From Kudoa neothunni (Eukaryota; Animalia; Cnidaria), in assembly GCA_964304625.1 (NCBI GenBank), contig OZ199840.1, positions 4,556,658 to 4,614,765 on the forward strand: DNA of 58,108 bases, written 5' to 3'. A program made the translations under genes and the position numbers. Below are positions 39,866-54,277 of the stretch, one piece after another. The notes under the pieces were generated by a model that was given only the letters and a program-made list of their open reading frames with translations, did not search any database and was not told the origin of the DNA. Position 1 is the stretch's first letter; the number at the start of each line of letters is the position of its first letter.

Positions 39866-41213
39866 TTATTGTGACGGTGGTGGATGCATTGGGGGGAATT
39901 GAGGTGGCATCATTCCTATGAGAATTGCATATATACAGAACAAGACGAAATCTGATTACCACTTTGCGGTTGTACACCAAACGGAGGCATCCCGAATGGA
40001 GGCATTGGAACCGATGCATTCATCTGAACCACAAAAACGATTAAATCGCGAAACAGCCCAACAAAATATACCATATTTGGGAGTTGAGGGGGAGGAACAG
40101 CACCCGGCTGAGTGGGAAGCATCGGTGCATTCAAATGACCCATTGGAGTGGGAGCAAAAGGGTTAAAGGGTGGCATCATGTTTGGAGGGAAATATGCATT
40201 TTTGGGTGGAAATCCCGCCATCGAAGGTGGGTTCGGATGTGGCAGAGGGACGGCACCACCTGGCGCGTCTGGATTCAAAGCTACTGGCGGAGCATCAGCA
40301 AAAAGTTGATGAGGCTTATCACTGACAGTGAATGGATTGGTGGTGGCAAGAAGACGCTCTAAAGCATAATACAATCAGCTGATCAATCAAAAAACTAATA
40401 TACCCGCAGATGAACCATGTCTTTCGCCCTTGGAATCTTTCTTGAAGGCATATGATACAGAAATTGCACGATTGAGCAAGTGTTGACCGTTCATAGCGGC
40501 AATAGCAGCGTCAGACGCCTCAAAACTGGCATAGTTCACAAAAGCAAAGCCTTTACTTGAACCAGACTCGATATCTCGCATTATCTATCCATCACACACA
40601 CGATTAAATTCGATCAAAAATCCAACAACACTATCTTAAAGGAAGGTATATAAAACAGCTACCTTTGGGGTTTGCAGAATAACTCCAAATGCACTGAATA
40701 TATCGTAGAGCATTTTTTCGTCGATTTCTGGATCAAGATTTCCCACAAAAACATTAGCTCCAACATCCAGATTCTTCTGTTGAGCTGTTGCCTATGGGAA
40801 GCAGTTAGTTTTTTACCAACAAAAGTAAAGTGGTAGATTTAACTTTATTGACACGAATCGGCTTTCCATATAACTTGATCATATTCATTATTTTAAGGGC
40901 GTAATCTGCATCTTCTTCACTCAAAAATTCCACAAATCCATAGCCTTGATGTCCCCCAGAAACTCGATCTTTTGGCATGTGTATTGCAGCTTTATTTTAA
41001 GTGATTACATAGACTCTCAATGGAAAAATTACAAACTGGCCCAGATTGCAAAAACAACTCCCACAAAATGGCCTCGTTAACCTTTTCATCAAGATTTCCA
41101 ACATAGATGGTCGCATCTTATTGATTAGATTTTAATTATTTATTGACATCTGGAGATGATTTACCTTGATTTCGGTCATCTAACGGATTTTGGGTAAAGA
41201 GCGACGTCGCCAT
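39866..41213 (-). CDS. SF3B4: Splicing factor 3B subunit 4 (SAP49), 8 exons
   Basis: [29 protein letters not shown]..., [66 protein letters not shown], and a Pro-rich tail ending PPMHPPPSQ*. Seven short GT-AG introns. Confidence 0.95.
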
Positions 41214-41445
41214 TTTTCAAACTGCGCGCGACTATTTATATTTAGCTTTGTGAGTTCTATGATTATAAAGTCACGTCTCGAAGTTTCAATAATTTATTTT
41301 TCGAATTATACTTATTAGGAAGTTGTTAATTATTTTAACATAGAATAATGCATATTTATTTTCTAAAAATATAATTTATTGACGATATGTATTTTAGTTG
41401 AAAAAATGAATAAAATATTTTAACAACGTCTGTAGATTGATAATA

Positions 41446-42650
41446 CAGTAGTTAACCAATTTTCCGTAACTTTCTGCACATGCGAAAATAAAAAATATAC
41501 CTATCTTAAAGAAATTAATTTCATTTATCTACTTTTGTTGAAACAACATATTGTTTGTATTTAAATTTTTAAAGACATACGTCGTAATTTTATGATATTA
41601 ACTCATTATTACGTCTAGATAATCAATTCTTCTCTATCATATGTTTATTGCGCTTGTTTTAATGTTTAAATACATCTTTATCTGATATAAATTCTGCCAA
41701 TCCTAAATCTTCAGTTTCAGAATCCGCAGATTCAACAGTCAAAGGAGCAAGCTCGTCAAAGTATTTTGAAATAGGCATAATGACTTCCTCTTTAATAATT
41801 ATAAGGAATTTCCAGATGAAAATTCTTTATTGCTAATATTAATATTTAAGGAACGCTTCAATCTATCGTCTGCAGGAAACTCACATTTTCTGAAGCAGTT
41901 AAATACAATATCCTCTGAAATACCGTCCCATGATTTTTAATTAGGAATAATGTTTAAAGCGAATCTTGGGAAGATGTATCTATATCATTGCCAACTGCAG
42001 CAATATGGCTTTCTATTAAATTATTTTTGTAGTTTGATTTGAATAAAAAAATGATTCCATGGATTGATAGTTGCGAAACTCTAGTTAAACTTTTTGTAAG
42101 GAATATAAGAGATATATTGGACAAATGCATTTCGGTGTGGTCAGTGAAATTATTAAGAAGTAGTAAACTTTCTTGTACTTCGTTTTGAATACATTGTAAA
42201 AATTGGAGAGATATTTGGTAAATGTTACCCTAATCATCCATTCCTTCCTGTTTGATTTGTATTTTTCTAAAAACGTTTTAGCATTTTTAAAACAACGTGG
42301 TTTTTTTGATGTCTACTCGCAAGAGATTCGATGCAACCTCCAGACATAGATGCGTGCCTCAAAACAGTAACTATTTTTTGGATTTTTTTCTCACGACAAA
42401 ACATAGCATTAAAAATAATGGACCTCTATGTTGTTAGTAAAATAATGCAGTTTTGTTAAGATTATAGATACAGCCATCGTTGTTACCTTTAACTTGGTAA
42501 TTCAATTTAGAATACCAATTTTACACAAAACTTCAGTCAACGTAAACAGCATCACCATGGGCGGTGATATTTTTAAATTAAATCAGGGTTTACAACCAAG
42601 AAATCAATGATGAGTAATTACTACGCTTGGGTTCAATTCTTTTGTCTAGG
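41446..42650 (-). mobile_element. pogo/Tigger transposase relic
   Basis: Minus-strand fragments KYKSNRKEWM, LLLNNFTDH, QLSIHGIIFLFKSNY and SWDGISEDIVFNCFRKC match pogo DDD-domain motifs. TA-CAGTAG end at 41444. Confidence 0.65.
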
Positions 42651-44004
42651 GTTTCCCGGATACCAACTTTGGAGCAGTACTCGGTAATCGCCAAAAGGAA
42701 TCGATACCAATAAAATTTTGCTTTTTACAACCAGTATATAAGGAAGAATAGTGTGTCAAATCACATTAAAATGTATCAAGATATCTTTAAATTGAGTCTT
42801 TAAAAGTATTCTCATATTTTTATAAATATTTATTAATTTAACCATTGAATAGTACACAAGACTATTAGGTTTGCAATATTCATTGGGCCTGTCAATAAAA
42901 TAGAGGGTAATGGTAAAGTATGCGGTACCTAAAAAACGTCCTCTTGCGCATGTTTTTTCGTATTTCTTTTTTCACGATTCTTGATAACAAAATAAAGGAA
43001 TATGGAGAGCAAAAATTCAGCTCAGAATAATTATTTAAAATTTTGAGAATTTTTCATCCGAAAGCAGTCGGATACACGTATAATCTCCATGTTTTTTCAA
43101 CAAACATTGAATTGATCTCTAATTTGTTTTGATAATCATTCATAAGTTGGTTCAATTTCAATTTTTTTTTCATATAAACACAAATTTTACAATATCAAAT
43201 TTTATTGTACAGGTTTTTTAGGTTTTAAGCATGAATAGTTTAAAAGCGAGAAGACATCCACGTGTTCTCAAATGCATTTTGCTAATTCTCTTGGATTTAA
43301 TGAATTTTTTTAATAATTAATAAACATTCTATTTTAGATAAACATTTATTTTCAATAGTGAAATAACTTAATGCAGATTATATGAAGTTATTACTTTTTA
43401 GGAGGAATCCTTACATGTGTATTTAGTGCAGCATTCGATAAACGTAAAAATGTAGTTTAAAAATTCTCAAAATTGTATTTCTATAAAATTATTAGTTCTA
43501 ATGAATTATATATGCCCCGATAAAAATAATAACCTTGATCAACTTTTGATGTTTACATATTGAAATTTTCACATTTAGTACATTTTGTCGAATTTTTTGT
43601 TAGGAAATGATGGAATATAAAAAAACCTATAAAACAATAAAAATATAGTTTGAATTTTAATAATAAAAAACTGAATAATTTCTTAATTTATGAAAAAAAT
43701 CTAATACAAAAATTATAAACTAAAACAAATCTTACTACATTTATATCAAAATTTAAAAGTTCACAAAATATTTTTATTACAGTGAAAAATGAGGTGTGAA
43801 ATCTGCAAAAAGTTTATTTTAAAAGTTAGCTTTTATACAATTGTTATATATCAATAGTAAAAAATATAAGCAGTAATAAATAACTTTTGAATTAATAACT
43901 AAGAAACAAACAAAACAATTCAATGTTTATTGGAAAAAGCGCATTGAAATTTTTACGGGACCAAAGGATATTAATTTGAGAAAAACAATTAATTAGCTTG
44001 TGTT

Positions 44005-44432
44005 AACTTCATCTTTATTACTTTTTCTATTTTTTTATCTTTTAAAAAGTTCGTGGTGCATATAGTTACTGAGCCGGGCCAGAATTCGATTTTTAAAAAT
44101 CCTCCGGGTCAAGAAATAACGAATTAGATAGCACTTTAAGAGAGTTTAAATAATTCGGGAACCAAAACAATATGACAATGACCTTAAATCATTTGGAGTT
44201 AGTGCCGGGACAAGAAATTGTTAATTAAAAACCAGGATTGATACACTCCTGCACAGAAATGACCATGATTTAAATTTCGGAATCAAAATCGACAAAGAGT
44301 GATGCTTAAAACTTTTTAGTTATTTTATTTCTATGGGATAATTCGAAATTTCAATATATTTTTTGAATGCTATTAAAAAAAATCTCCAGGCAAAATCTTC
44401 CCCAAGTAACGGTGGTAAGTTCGCGATAGTTA
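44005..44432 (-). repeat. Second (inverted) copy of the 10850-11280 dispersed repeat
   Basis: The reverse complement aligns with 10850-11280 (e.g. GGGGAAGATTTTGCCTGG, GGAGTGTATCAATCC, GACCCGGAGGATTTTTAAAAATCGAATTCTGGCC). Confidence 0.75.
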
Positions 44433-44803
44433 TATACAAATTCAAATTATCGGTATTGAGAATAGAAAAAAACCATTATAAAAAGGTTGGAATCTTGGTT
44501 AATTTATAAACTAAATAATTGATTACATTAAGTTAGCCTACACAATGATTAAATGTACAGACAAATTAATTTTAAACGTTACAATTTGAATTATAAGGTA
44601 AATTTCTCAAAAATGTTTCCATAAAAGTTTATTTGATCCCTAATTTGTCTGTTTAATGAGCATATGAGTAAAATGAATCTTATCAAACTTTACTATTCTT
44701 AACAACAATTTATTATTCAACATGTATACATTCAATAAGCCCATTTCGCGATATATTTTATGAATACAACGATAATTTTCGTAATTTGATTAACTTCATC
44801 AAA

Positions 44804-47778
44804 ATGAAATATTTAGTCTATTCATTGGGAATTTTCCTTTCAATTTTGTGTAACATTTACATTTTGTATTTATTTTATTAATTAAAATATTAGCCAGACA
44901 TGTTTTATTAGCTGGGGTAGCCGGTCCAGATGCATCACAAACTCAAACAACTACAACTAAAATTCTTACCTATAAAATTGTGAAACATACTAATCAATTG
45001 AAAGTTAATTTAGTATTAAGTGGTACTGATTATACTTCAAAACATTGTCATATAAAAAAGTTAAATGAGGCTAATAATGTTTATGGAGAAATCGATACGT
45101 GTCCAGAAAATAATGTTGGCACTAGTACTGGAACATGTGTTAGGACATGCACAGAAGATGATATAAGATTTGCTTACGATAAATTTTCTCCGAGGACCAA
45201 ATATGTGGAAGTTTTTGTTGCCGGTACAGCTGTAGAGGCTTCTACAAAAACTACAGACCCAACTATCTTTGGACTTGAGATAGGTAGTTTATATTTTTTT
45301 AAAATTAATCTAAAATTTCATTAGCTTTACTGGTAAATCCGCAAGTTACAGTAACTACCACAACCGGGAATAAATTAAAATTTAGCACAATAACTTGCAA
45401 AAATGTTGATTGCCCAATATATTACAAGGGTGTTGAATATGCTTCTGGAACTAAAGGAGCAAGTTGTATAGCAGAAAATGATACGAATAATGAAGTTGAA
45501 TTTGATTTGATGATACCTCATTATGAAATGAAATGCGTGAATTATCCAAGTTTCTTTTATAAACTTCAGAATACATACACATTAATGAACACAGGCGTTT
45601 ATATACCTCAATATTACGTTACATATAGTAACCAAGAAAAAACTAAATACTTATTAAAATTTACGAACAAATTTCCTTTTGAAATTTGTAAGTTCAGTAT
45701 TAAAGATGAGTCAGTCGCAATCGATGCTCAAAGTACAAACGATTACAAATCAAATTGTGGTGAGGAAAATAAAGAATGTTATGCACCGTGCAACAGCGTT
45801 GAACTCACTTTTGAGGAATCAAAACCAGTCGTTGAAATTTTAATTCAATCCAGACATTTTCCACTCCATAAAATTGAGGCCAAATATTATGGCTACACAC
45901 AAAAGAAATATGGTAATATTGAATAAATTTTTTAAATAATAACCTTTTAGTTATTACGGAAACTAATGATGCTAATGAAGCTGGCAAATTACTATCATCA
46001 TACTCAACAGTTGGTGTCACGTTATATGTAGCTTTATTTAAACCTGGTACTGTTGATACCAAGTTTACACAATGCACTGTAAATTATTACGCTGCTGACA
46101 AACCAATGTCTACCACTACCACTACCACCGCCACTAGAGCACAATGCGATAGTTCCAATACACAATCATGTGCCGCGACATGTGCTGATAAGTTGACAAT
46201 ATTACGGCTTGCACCCGGTAAACCATACATTCTTGAAATTGCTGCAGCAGCAACTGCACCAGGAGAAACCAATAAAATCCCAGCTAATTTTAAAGAACAT
46301 ATATTTTTCAGAACAAGTCAATGTATAAAAATATCTACATAATAATTACATGAAAATTTAATTTAGCGAATGACGCATCAAAAATATTTCCTACTGTTAC
46401 ACCAACAATACGAGATACAAGTTTATCTATCAAGGCACTTAATGCTGAAACGTCGATTTCCCAAACTAGCACCACATGTGCTTATTATCTAAGTCCCCGA
46501 GGAAAGGATACATATGTTTGTGCAATGTGCGTTGATAGTTATCCATGCAGAGGATATTGTGGGGAGTCTCAAACTATCGTGGGGTTATCTCCAGGAACCG
46601 ATTATGATCTCAAAGTTGTTGCACACAAAGATTATGGTTTCAAAGTTCACCAAATCAGAACTGGTATCATATTTTTTCATAAAATAATAAATGAACAATT
46701 TTTAAGCTTTGTCAACATTTACACTTGAAAAACAAATGTTGGATAAAGGTTTTAAAGTCGCAGGTTCCTTATCATCGCCTTACCCAGCAGCCGTATGTCA
46801 TTACAAAGTTAAAGTTAAACAAGGAGAAGATTATGGACTAATTTACGAATGTCCATCACGAACTCCAACAAGAGCTGCTGGAAGTTCTACTCTCGTATCA
46901 ACATCAAAAATGGGGGTGGCTAGATCATCAGGAGACCAACGAAACGTAAATGCAGCAACTGCCACCAATACAAATACAATCTCATCGTGCCAAGCACCAC
47001 CCTTATGCAGCAATATCATTTTTAGTGAAGGATACGAATCAGACAAAGATTATCAAGTTTCGGTGACTGCTGTTGGAAGGTCCACAGAAGTTTCAATAAA
47101 TATACCCAAAAGTATTTCTTCATAAATTTTTATATAACCAATTTTAAAATTGAATTAATACTACAACGAAAATTAAAAAATTTACTAATGCTATTTAAAA
47201 TTACATTTTAGACCCATTATTGCCTTCACAACCCACTGATCTCAATAAACAATTAATAGTGGTGATCACACGTGTCGATAAAACATTGACTGTTAGCACT
47301 ACTTTACCTCAAGGTTTGGACGAAAATGCGTTATGCAAATGGCAGTTAAAAAATTCTGGAGAACCCTCAAATCCCATCGTGAAAAAATGCATGACTATTG
47401 GTAAAGGTTGCACTCAATTACCTCGTTGCAAGGAATTCACAATTACAGAAGTTGAGGATATACACGATTACCATTTGACTCTATTCTATAATGAAGATCC
47501 AAATACCTACGGTGTTGGAATAATTAAACAAGGTAACCATCATAATATTTCAATGTTAATTATAAACATTTAATAGGTGAATCTTCAAACAAATCAACGT
47601 AACTTTTGATATGTCATCATTGTTTCTAATTTCTTTTAGATCCAAAAATACAATGTATTAATAATCAATTTTGAGTATTTTAATCTTTATCTTTAGAATT
47701 ATTTCCGTGATTGTTCCAGTTGTTATCGTGGTTATCGGGATAGGTTTCTATTTCGGATACATGAAGAACAAAAATTAG
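44804..47778 (+). CDS. Unknown type I membrane protein, copy 2 (same 10-exon structure)
   Basis: MKYLVYSLGIFLSIL signal peptide, the same introns and modules as copy 1, and an identical TM and MKNKN* tail. No frameshift seen. Confidence 0.85.
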
Positions 47779-48653
47779 AACTCTCCGATAAAAATATTAT
47801 TTAGGCTTTTTATAATTAATTATCAAATATAGTTTGTTATTATCTTCAACTTACTCAAGTATTCGCTGATTTTTAATTTTATCAAACTGTGGATTTCTAC
47901 ACGTACATTTTATTATTAAATTAATTCAATGATAATTTCGACATTCTATGAAATGAAGGTTTTAATTAAGATAGTGTCTCTACACCAGGGATGGAATTTC
48001 GTTCGTTCAAATAATTTGAGGGCTGTAATTTCGTTCGCGTTTGTTCATTAGTAATTAGTGCAAATTAGGAGTCTTGTGAGCGAGCACAGACTTACCACCA
48101 CCGCCTTAGACTATTGGAAGATTATAAATATCGAAATCTAAGAAAGTAGGTAACAGTTATTTTCGGGGACCTACCGGCAATTGGAGCCCAGAGAGGGTTT
48201 TTTCTAATAGCGAAAAAATTCCACAAAAGAGAATGTTCACACATGAACTCATTGACCTTGTTGAAAATGGCGGTCTATTTCGTCAATAAATCTAACTAAT
48301 AATTATGTACAGTATGAGATAGTTATTGATTCATTTTAATTTCAGCATCACAATCGATCTTTTAACAATTAAAAAATTGCTTGTTCGCCCCTTAAGATAA
48401 CTTTGATATTAAAAAATTTCTGTAGCCACCCAAGTCATTGGTTGTGTGAACTCTCTCATGCAGTTTGCTAAACCCTCGTTAGAAAATATACGGCGGAAAT
48501 GATAAAATAATCAAAAGATCGCTTCGATCAAGATTGAAAACGACGTTATTATCCTCCAACCTTGATCTAGCAATCACCAAAATTCTTCAGTGATAGTTAA
48601 GGGAATATCAAAAATCATATTTCTCACTCAGAGCCCCGAACATAGCTATAGTC
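47779..48653 (+). repeat. 3' flank shared by copies 2, 3 and 4 (absent after copy 1); includes a hAT-like end CAGGGATGG at 47986 with CGTTC repeats
   Basis: Aligns with 53390-54277 and with the reverse complement of 55885-56771. Similarity stops at ...CATAGCTA(T/C)AGTC. Confidence 0.8.
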
Positions 48654-50436
48654 AACAACGGTTATTGCGTAGGTGGATATTGGGCACTTTTTGTTATGTC
48701 ATTATTTTATCGTTTTATAAAGTACAGTTCTACCTCATAAGTTTTTTAAGCTATTAATGAAACATTTGGGATTATTTAAGAATTTTTTACAAATACTAGA
48801 AAATGGATATTACGCACTAATTTTAGTCACTGTGAAATTTAACACTAGCTTAAAATCGAAGTGAATCGTCATTATTTGGTGATTTTTATTTTAAAGAAGT
48901 AGAATGAAACTAAAAATTTTTCTATTAATAAAAATGATCCAGAGTTAATTCGTTAAACAACATAAGTTGATCTAATAGTCAATGCGGAATTAAGGGGAAT
49001 ATTTTATAATTATAAATTTTATCCACGTGCATAAATTTATTAGTATCTTGGTTTTATTTCAGGATTGCGTGTTGTTTTATAAAACTGAGTAGATTCGTTT
49101 ATCTTAACTATATGTGTGATCATTGTACATAAATAAAAAAAATTAATATTAAAAAGTTTTGTACGCTTTCATTATTAGATTGTTTCAGAGCTAATCAACT
49201 CTAATATTTTTCATAAAATAGACGATAAAATTACGGAATTAATTTCTTAATGAAAGCGTAGTTTAATCGCTGATCAAACCTATTTTAAAAAAAAACAGTG
49301 TAGAAAGTATTTTTATTATATTTAATGTAAATAATAAAACTACGAACAAATGGATAATGAGAACAATGTGGATGGAATTTAAATATTTTTTATAAAAAAA
49401 TGTGGTCTCAATCACCGAATAAAGATTGATTTCTTTTATACGTATATCCCCTTAGAGCCTAATATCAATGATCAAATTGATGATAAATCAAATATACATG
49501 ATCCGATAGAATCTTGGAGGGAATCCGACCAACGACAAGCAATTATAACAAAATTAATTAAAATTTTAACTTTATTCGGTTTAATTAATCAATTAAAATC
49601 AATAATTATTGATTAATACTAAACTAAATATCCATATTTACAATAGACGAGAAACGTGTATAATGGTTCAGATGAAGTAACCCATTCATTAAATCTTATG
49701 TGAAATATTAAAATGATATATTAAAAAAATAATTTTCATGTATAACCTGTTGGAAAATAACCATACACTACATTAATCCCGAAACATTACTAAGTTTTGT
49801 TTATTGTCTGCGCAATCTAACAGTTATATGGAGCAGAATTTTTATTTTGTTCCATTTTAAATTCTCCCAAAAGTGCGAACTAGCATTATATGGAGGGTTT
49901 TTTCTGTTTAAGCGAATCTTTACATATAAAAAGATAATTATTATAGGAGGCGAAAGTTTTTGTTGTACTTGCACAAGATCATTTAAATTTGTTCTTCTGC
50001 AAAGGAATATTTTTATTTTGTATTCCTGAAATCTATAATATTTTAATTTTATATAACTTTTAATGTAAAATTTATCTTTGAGAAATAGGTTTTCATCAAT
50101 TAATTAAATTATAGACAAATAAAGAGAAAAAGTTATATTACAATATTACACCATAGAGTGGGTTCGTTGGTCATTATGATGAAAATAAATAATTTCAAAA
50201 AGTTAAATAATTATATTAAACATTTTTCAAATAAATTTATCCAAAGTGTTTCCATCGGTGCTTACATGATCCTTAATTTTCATTTTAAATATGGATGTAG
50301 GTAAAATAAACTTTATTAAATTTTATTAATGTTAAAAAATAATTTATTAATCAACATCAATACATTCATTAAAACGATTCGCGATATATTTTATAAACAA
50401 ACCGATAATTTTCGTCAATAGATTATCTTCATTACA

Positions 50437-53389
50437 ATGAAATGTTCAGTCTATTCAATGGGAATTTTTCTCCAATTTTTTTGTAAATTTTATACACTCT
50501 ATTTATTTTATTAATTAAATATTAGCCATATATGCTTTATTAGTCGAGGCAAGCACACTGGTGGCACCACAACCTCAAACAACTACAACTAAAATTCTTA
50601 CCTATAAGATTGTGAAACATACTGATCAAATGAAAGTTAATTTGGTATTAAGTGGTACTGCTTATACTTCAAAGTATTGTCATATAAAGAAATCAAATGA
50701 GGCTGGTGAAGCTTATGAAGAAATCAATCCTTGCCCCGAAAAAGATAATAACTATAGTACTGACAAATGTGTAAGGGCATGCATTGGAGAAGGAAATAAA
50801 TTAGAATTCGATAAATTTTCTCCAAGAACAAAATATGTCGAAGTTTTGTAGATGATAATGCTGAAACTGCTTCTACAAAAACTACAGACCCAACTATCTT
50901 CGGACTTGAGATACGTAATTTAATGTTTTTAATTAATATAAAATTTTTTTTAGCTTTATTGGTGAACCCACAAGTTACAATAACTACTACAACTCACGTA
51001 AATTGAAATTTAACACAATAACATGCAAAAATGTCGACTGCCCAATATATTACAAGGGTGTTAAATATGCCGACGGAACAGCTGGTGGAAGTTGTATCGC
51101 AACACAAGGCACGAGTACCGAGGATGAAGTAGAATTTGATTTAATGATACCCCATTATGAAATGAAATGCACGAACTATCCAAGTTTCTTTTATAAAACT
51201 TCAAAATAGATACACATTAATGAAGACGGACGTTTATGTACCTCAATATTATGTGACATACAATAAAGAAAAAACTAAATATTTATTAAAATTTACTAAC
51301 AAATTTCCATTTGAAATTTGTAAGTTCAGTATTAAAAAAGCGTCAACCGGCATTCCTCAAGGTAGTACTAATGATTACAAATCAAATTGTGGTGCCGCAA
51401 ATAAAGATTGTTATGCACCATGTAACGACGTTGAGCTTATTTTTGAGACATCAGAAGGGGTTGTTGAAGTTTTAGTTGAGACAGACATTTTCCGCTCCAA
51501 GCAAATGGAGCCGAACATTCTGGCTACATACAAAAGAAATATGGTAATATTGAATAAATTTTTTAAATAATACGCTCTTAGTTGTTACGGAAACTGATGC
51601 TGAAAATGACACTGGAAATTGTTATCAAATTATTTAGCAACTGGTGTCACGTTAAATGTTCCTTTATTTAAACCGAGCGATATTAACACCAAATTTTCCG
51701 AATGTACTGTAAATTATTACGCTGCTGATAAACCAATGCCTACCACCGGCACTACGGCACAATGCAATAATTCTGGTACAACACAATGTGCAACAGATTG
51801 CACCGCTTCATTAACAATAATCCAGCTTGCAACGGGTAAACCTTATATTCTCGAAATTGCTGCATCAGCAACTGTATCAGGAAGTAACAATAAAATCCCA
51901 GCTAGTTTTAAAGAGCATATATTCTTCAGAACGAGTAAAATTATGAAAGTTCCTAATGATGACGTATATATTTAATTTAGCGAACGACGAATCAAAAACA
52001 TTTCCTACTGCTACACCAACAATACGAGATACAGGTCTATCTATTAAGGCACTTAATGTTGAAACATCGATTTCAAAAACTAGTACCACATGTGCTTACT
52101 ATCTAAGCCCGCGAGGGAAAGATACGTATGTTTGTGCAATGTGCGTTGATAGTTATCCATGCAGAGGATATTGTGGGGAGTCTCAAACTATCGTGGGGTT
52201 ATCTCCAGGAACCGATTATGATCTCAAAGTTGTTGCACACAAAGATTATGGTTTCAAAGTTCACCAATTCAGAACTGGTAACATATTTTTTCATAAAATA
52301 ATAATTAAATAATTTTTAAGCTTTGTCAACACTTACACTTGAAAAACAAATGTTGGATAAAGGTTTTTAAAGTCGCAGGTTCCTTATCATCGCCTTACCC
52401 AGCAGCCGTATGTCATTACAAGTTAAAGTTAAACAAGGAGAAGATTATGGACTAATTTACGAATGTCCATCACGAACTCCAACAAGAGCTGCTGGAAGTT
52501 CTACTCTCGTATCAACATCAAAAATGGGGGTGGCTAGATCATCAGGAGACCAACGAAACGTAATGCAGCAACTGCCACCAATACAAATACAATCTCATCG
52601 TGCCAAGCACCACCCTTATGCAGCAATATCATTTTTAGTGAAGGATACGAATCAGACAAAGATTATCAAGTTTCGGTGACTGCTGTTGGAAGGTCCACAG
52701 AAGTTTCAATAAATATACCCAAAAGTATTTCTTCATAAATTTTTATATAACCAATTTTAAAATTGAATTAATACTACAACGAAAATTAAAAAATTTACTA
52801 ATGCTATTTAAAATTACATTTTAGACCCATTGCCTTCACAACCCACTGATCTCAATAAACAATTAATAGTGGTGATCACACGTGTCGATAAAACATTGAC
52901 TGTTAGCACTACTTTACCTCAAGGTTTGGACGAAAATGCGTTATGCAAATGGCAGTTAAAAAATTCTGGAGAACCCTCAAATCCCATCGTGAAAAAATGC
53001 ATGACTATTGGTAAAGGTTGCACTCAATTACCTCGTTGCAAGGAATTCACAATTACAGAAGTTGAGGATATACACGATTACCATTTGACTCTATTCTATA
53101 ATGAAGATCCAAATACCTACGGTGTTGGAATAATTAAACAAGGTAACCATCATAATATTTCAATGTTAATTATAAACATTTAATAGGTGAATCTTCAAAC
53201 AAATCAACGTAACTTTTGATATGTCATCATTGTTTTCTAATTTCTTTTAGATCCAAAAATACAATGTATTAATAATCAATTTTGAGTATTTTAATCTTTA
53301 TCTTTAGAATTATTTCCGTGATTGTTCCAGTTGTTATCGTGGTTATCGGGATAGGTTTCTATTTCGGATACATGAAGAACAAAAATTAG
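50437..53389 (+). CDS. Unknown type I membrane protein, copy 3 (about six 1-nt indels, mostly in homopolymers: sequencing error or pseudogene)
   Basis: MKCSVYSMGIFLQFF signal peptide and the same exon layout. Frameshifts near 50845, 51195, 51482, 51617, 52365 and 52562. Identical TM and tail. Confidence 0.75.
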
Positions 53390-54277
53390 AACTCTCAAAT
53401 CAAAATATTATTTAAGCTTTTTATAATTAATTATCAAATATAGTTTGTTATTATCTCCAATTTACTCAAGTATTCGCTGATTTTTAATTTTTATCAAACT
53501 GTGGATTTCTACACGTACAATTTTATTATTAAATTAATTCAATGATAACTTCGACATTCTATTAAGTGAAGGTTTTAATTAAGATAGTGTCTCTCTACCA
53601 TTGATGGCAATTTCGTTCGTTCAAATAATTTGAGGCTGTAATTTCGTTCACGTTCGTTCATTAGTATTTTGTGCAAATTTGGAGTCTTGCGAGCGAACAA
53701 GAACTTACCATCCCCGCCCTAGACTATTGGAAGGTTCTAAATATCGAAATCTAAGAAAGTAGGTAACAGTTATTTTCGGGACCTACTGGAAATTGGAGCT
53801 CAGAGAGGGTTTTTTCTAATAGCGAAAAAAATCCACAAAAGAGATCGTTCACACATGAACTCATTGACCCTGTTTAAACTGCTGGTTTATTCCATCAATA
53901 AAGTTAATAAATCTAACTTATAATTATGTGCAATATAAGGTAGTTAATTGGTTCTGTTTAATTTCACATAACAATGGATCTTTTAACAATTAAAAAATTG
54001 CTTGTTCGCCCCCTTAATTATAACTTTGATATTAAAAATTTTCTGTAACCACGTAAGTCATTGGTTGTCGTGAACTATCTCATGCAGTTGCTTAAACCAT
54101 CGTTAGAAAATATACGGCAGAAATGATAAAATAATCAAAAAATCGCTTCGATCAAGATTGAAAACGACGTTATTATCCTCCAACCTTGATCTAACAATCA
54201 CCAAAATTCTTCAGTGATAGTTAAGAAAATATCATAAACCATATTTCTCACTCAGAGCCACCAACATAGCTACAGTC

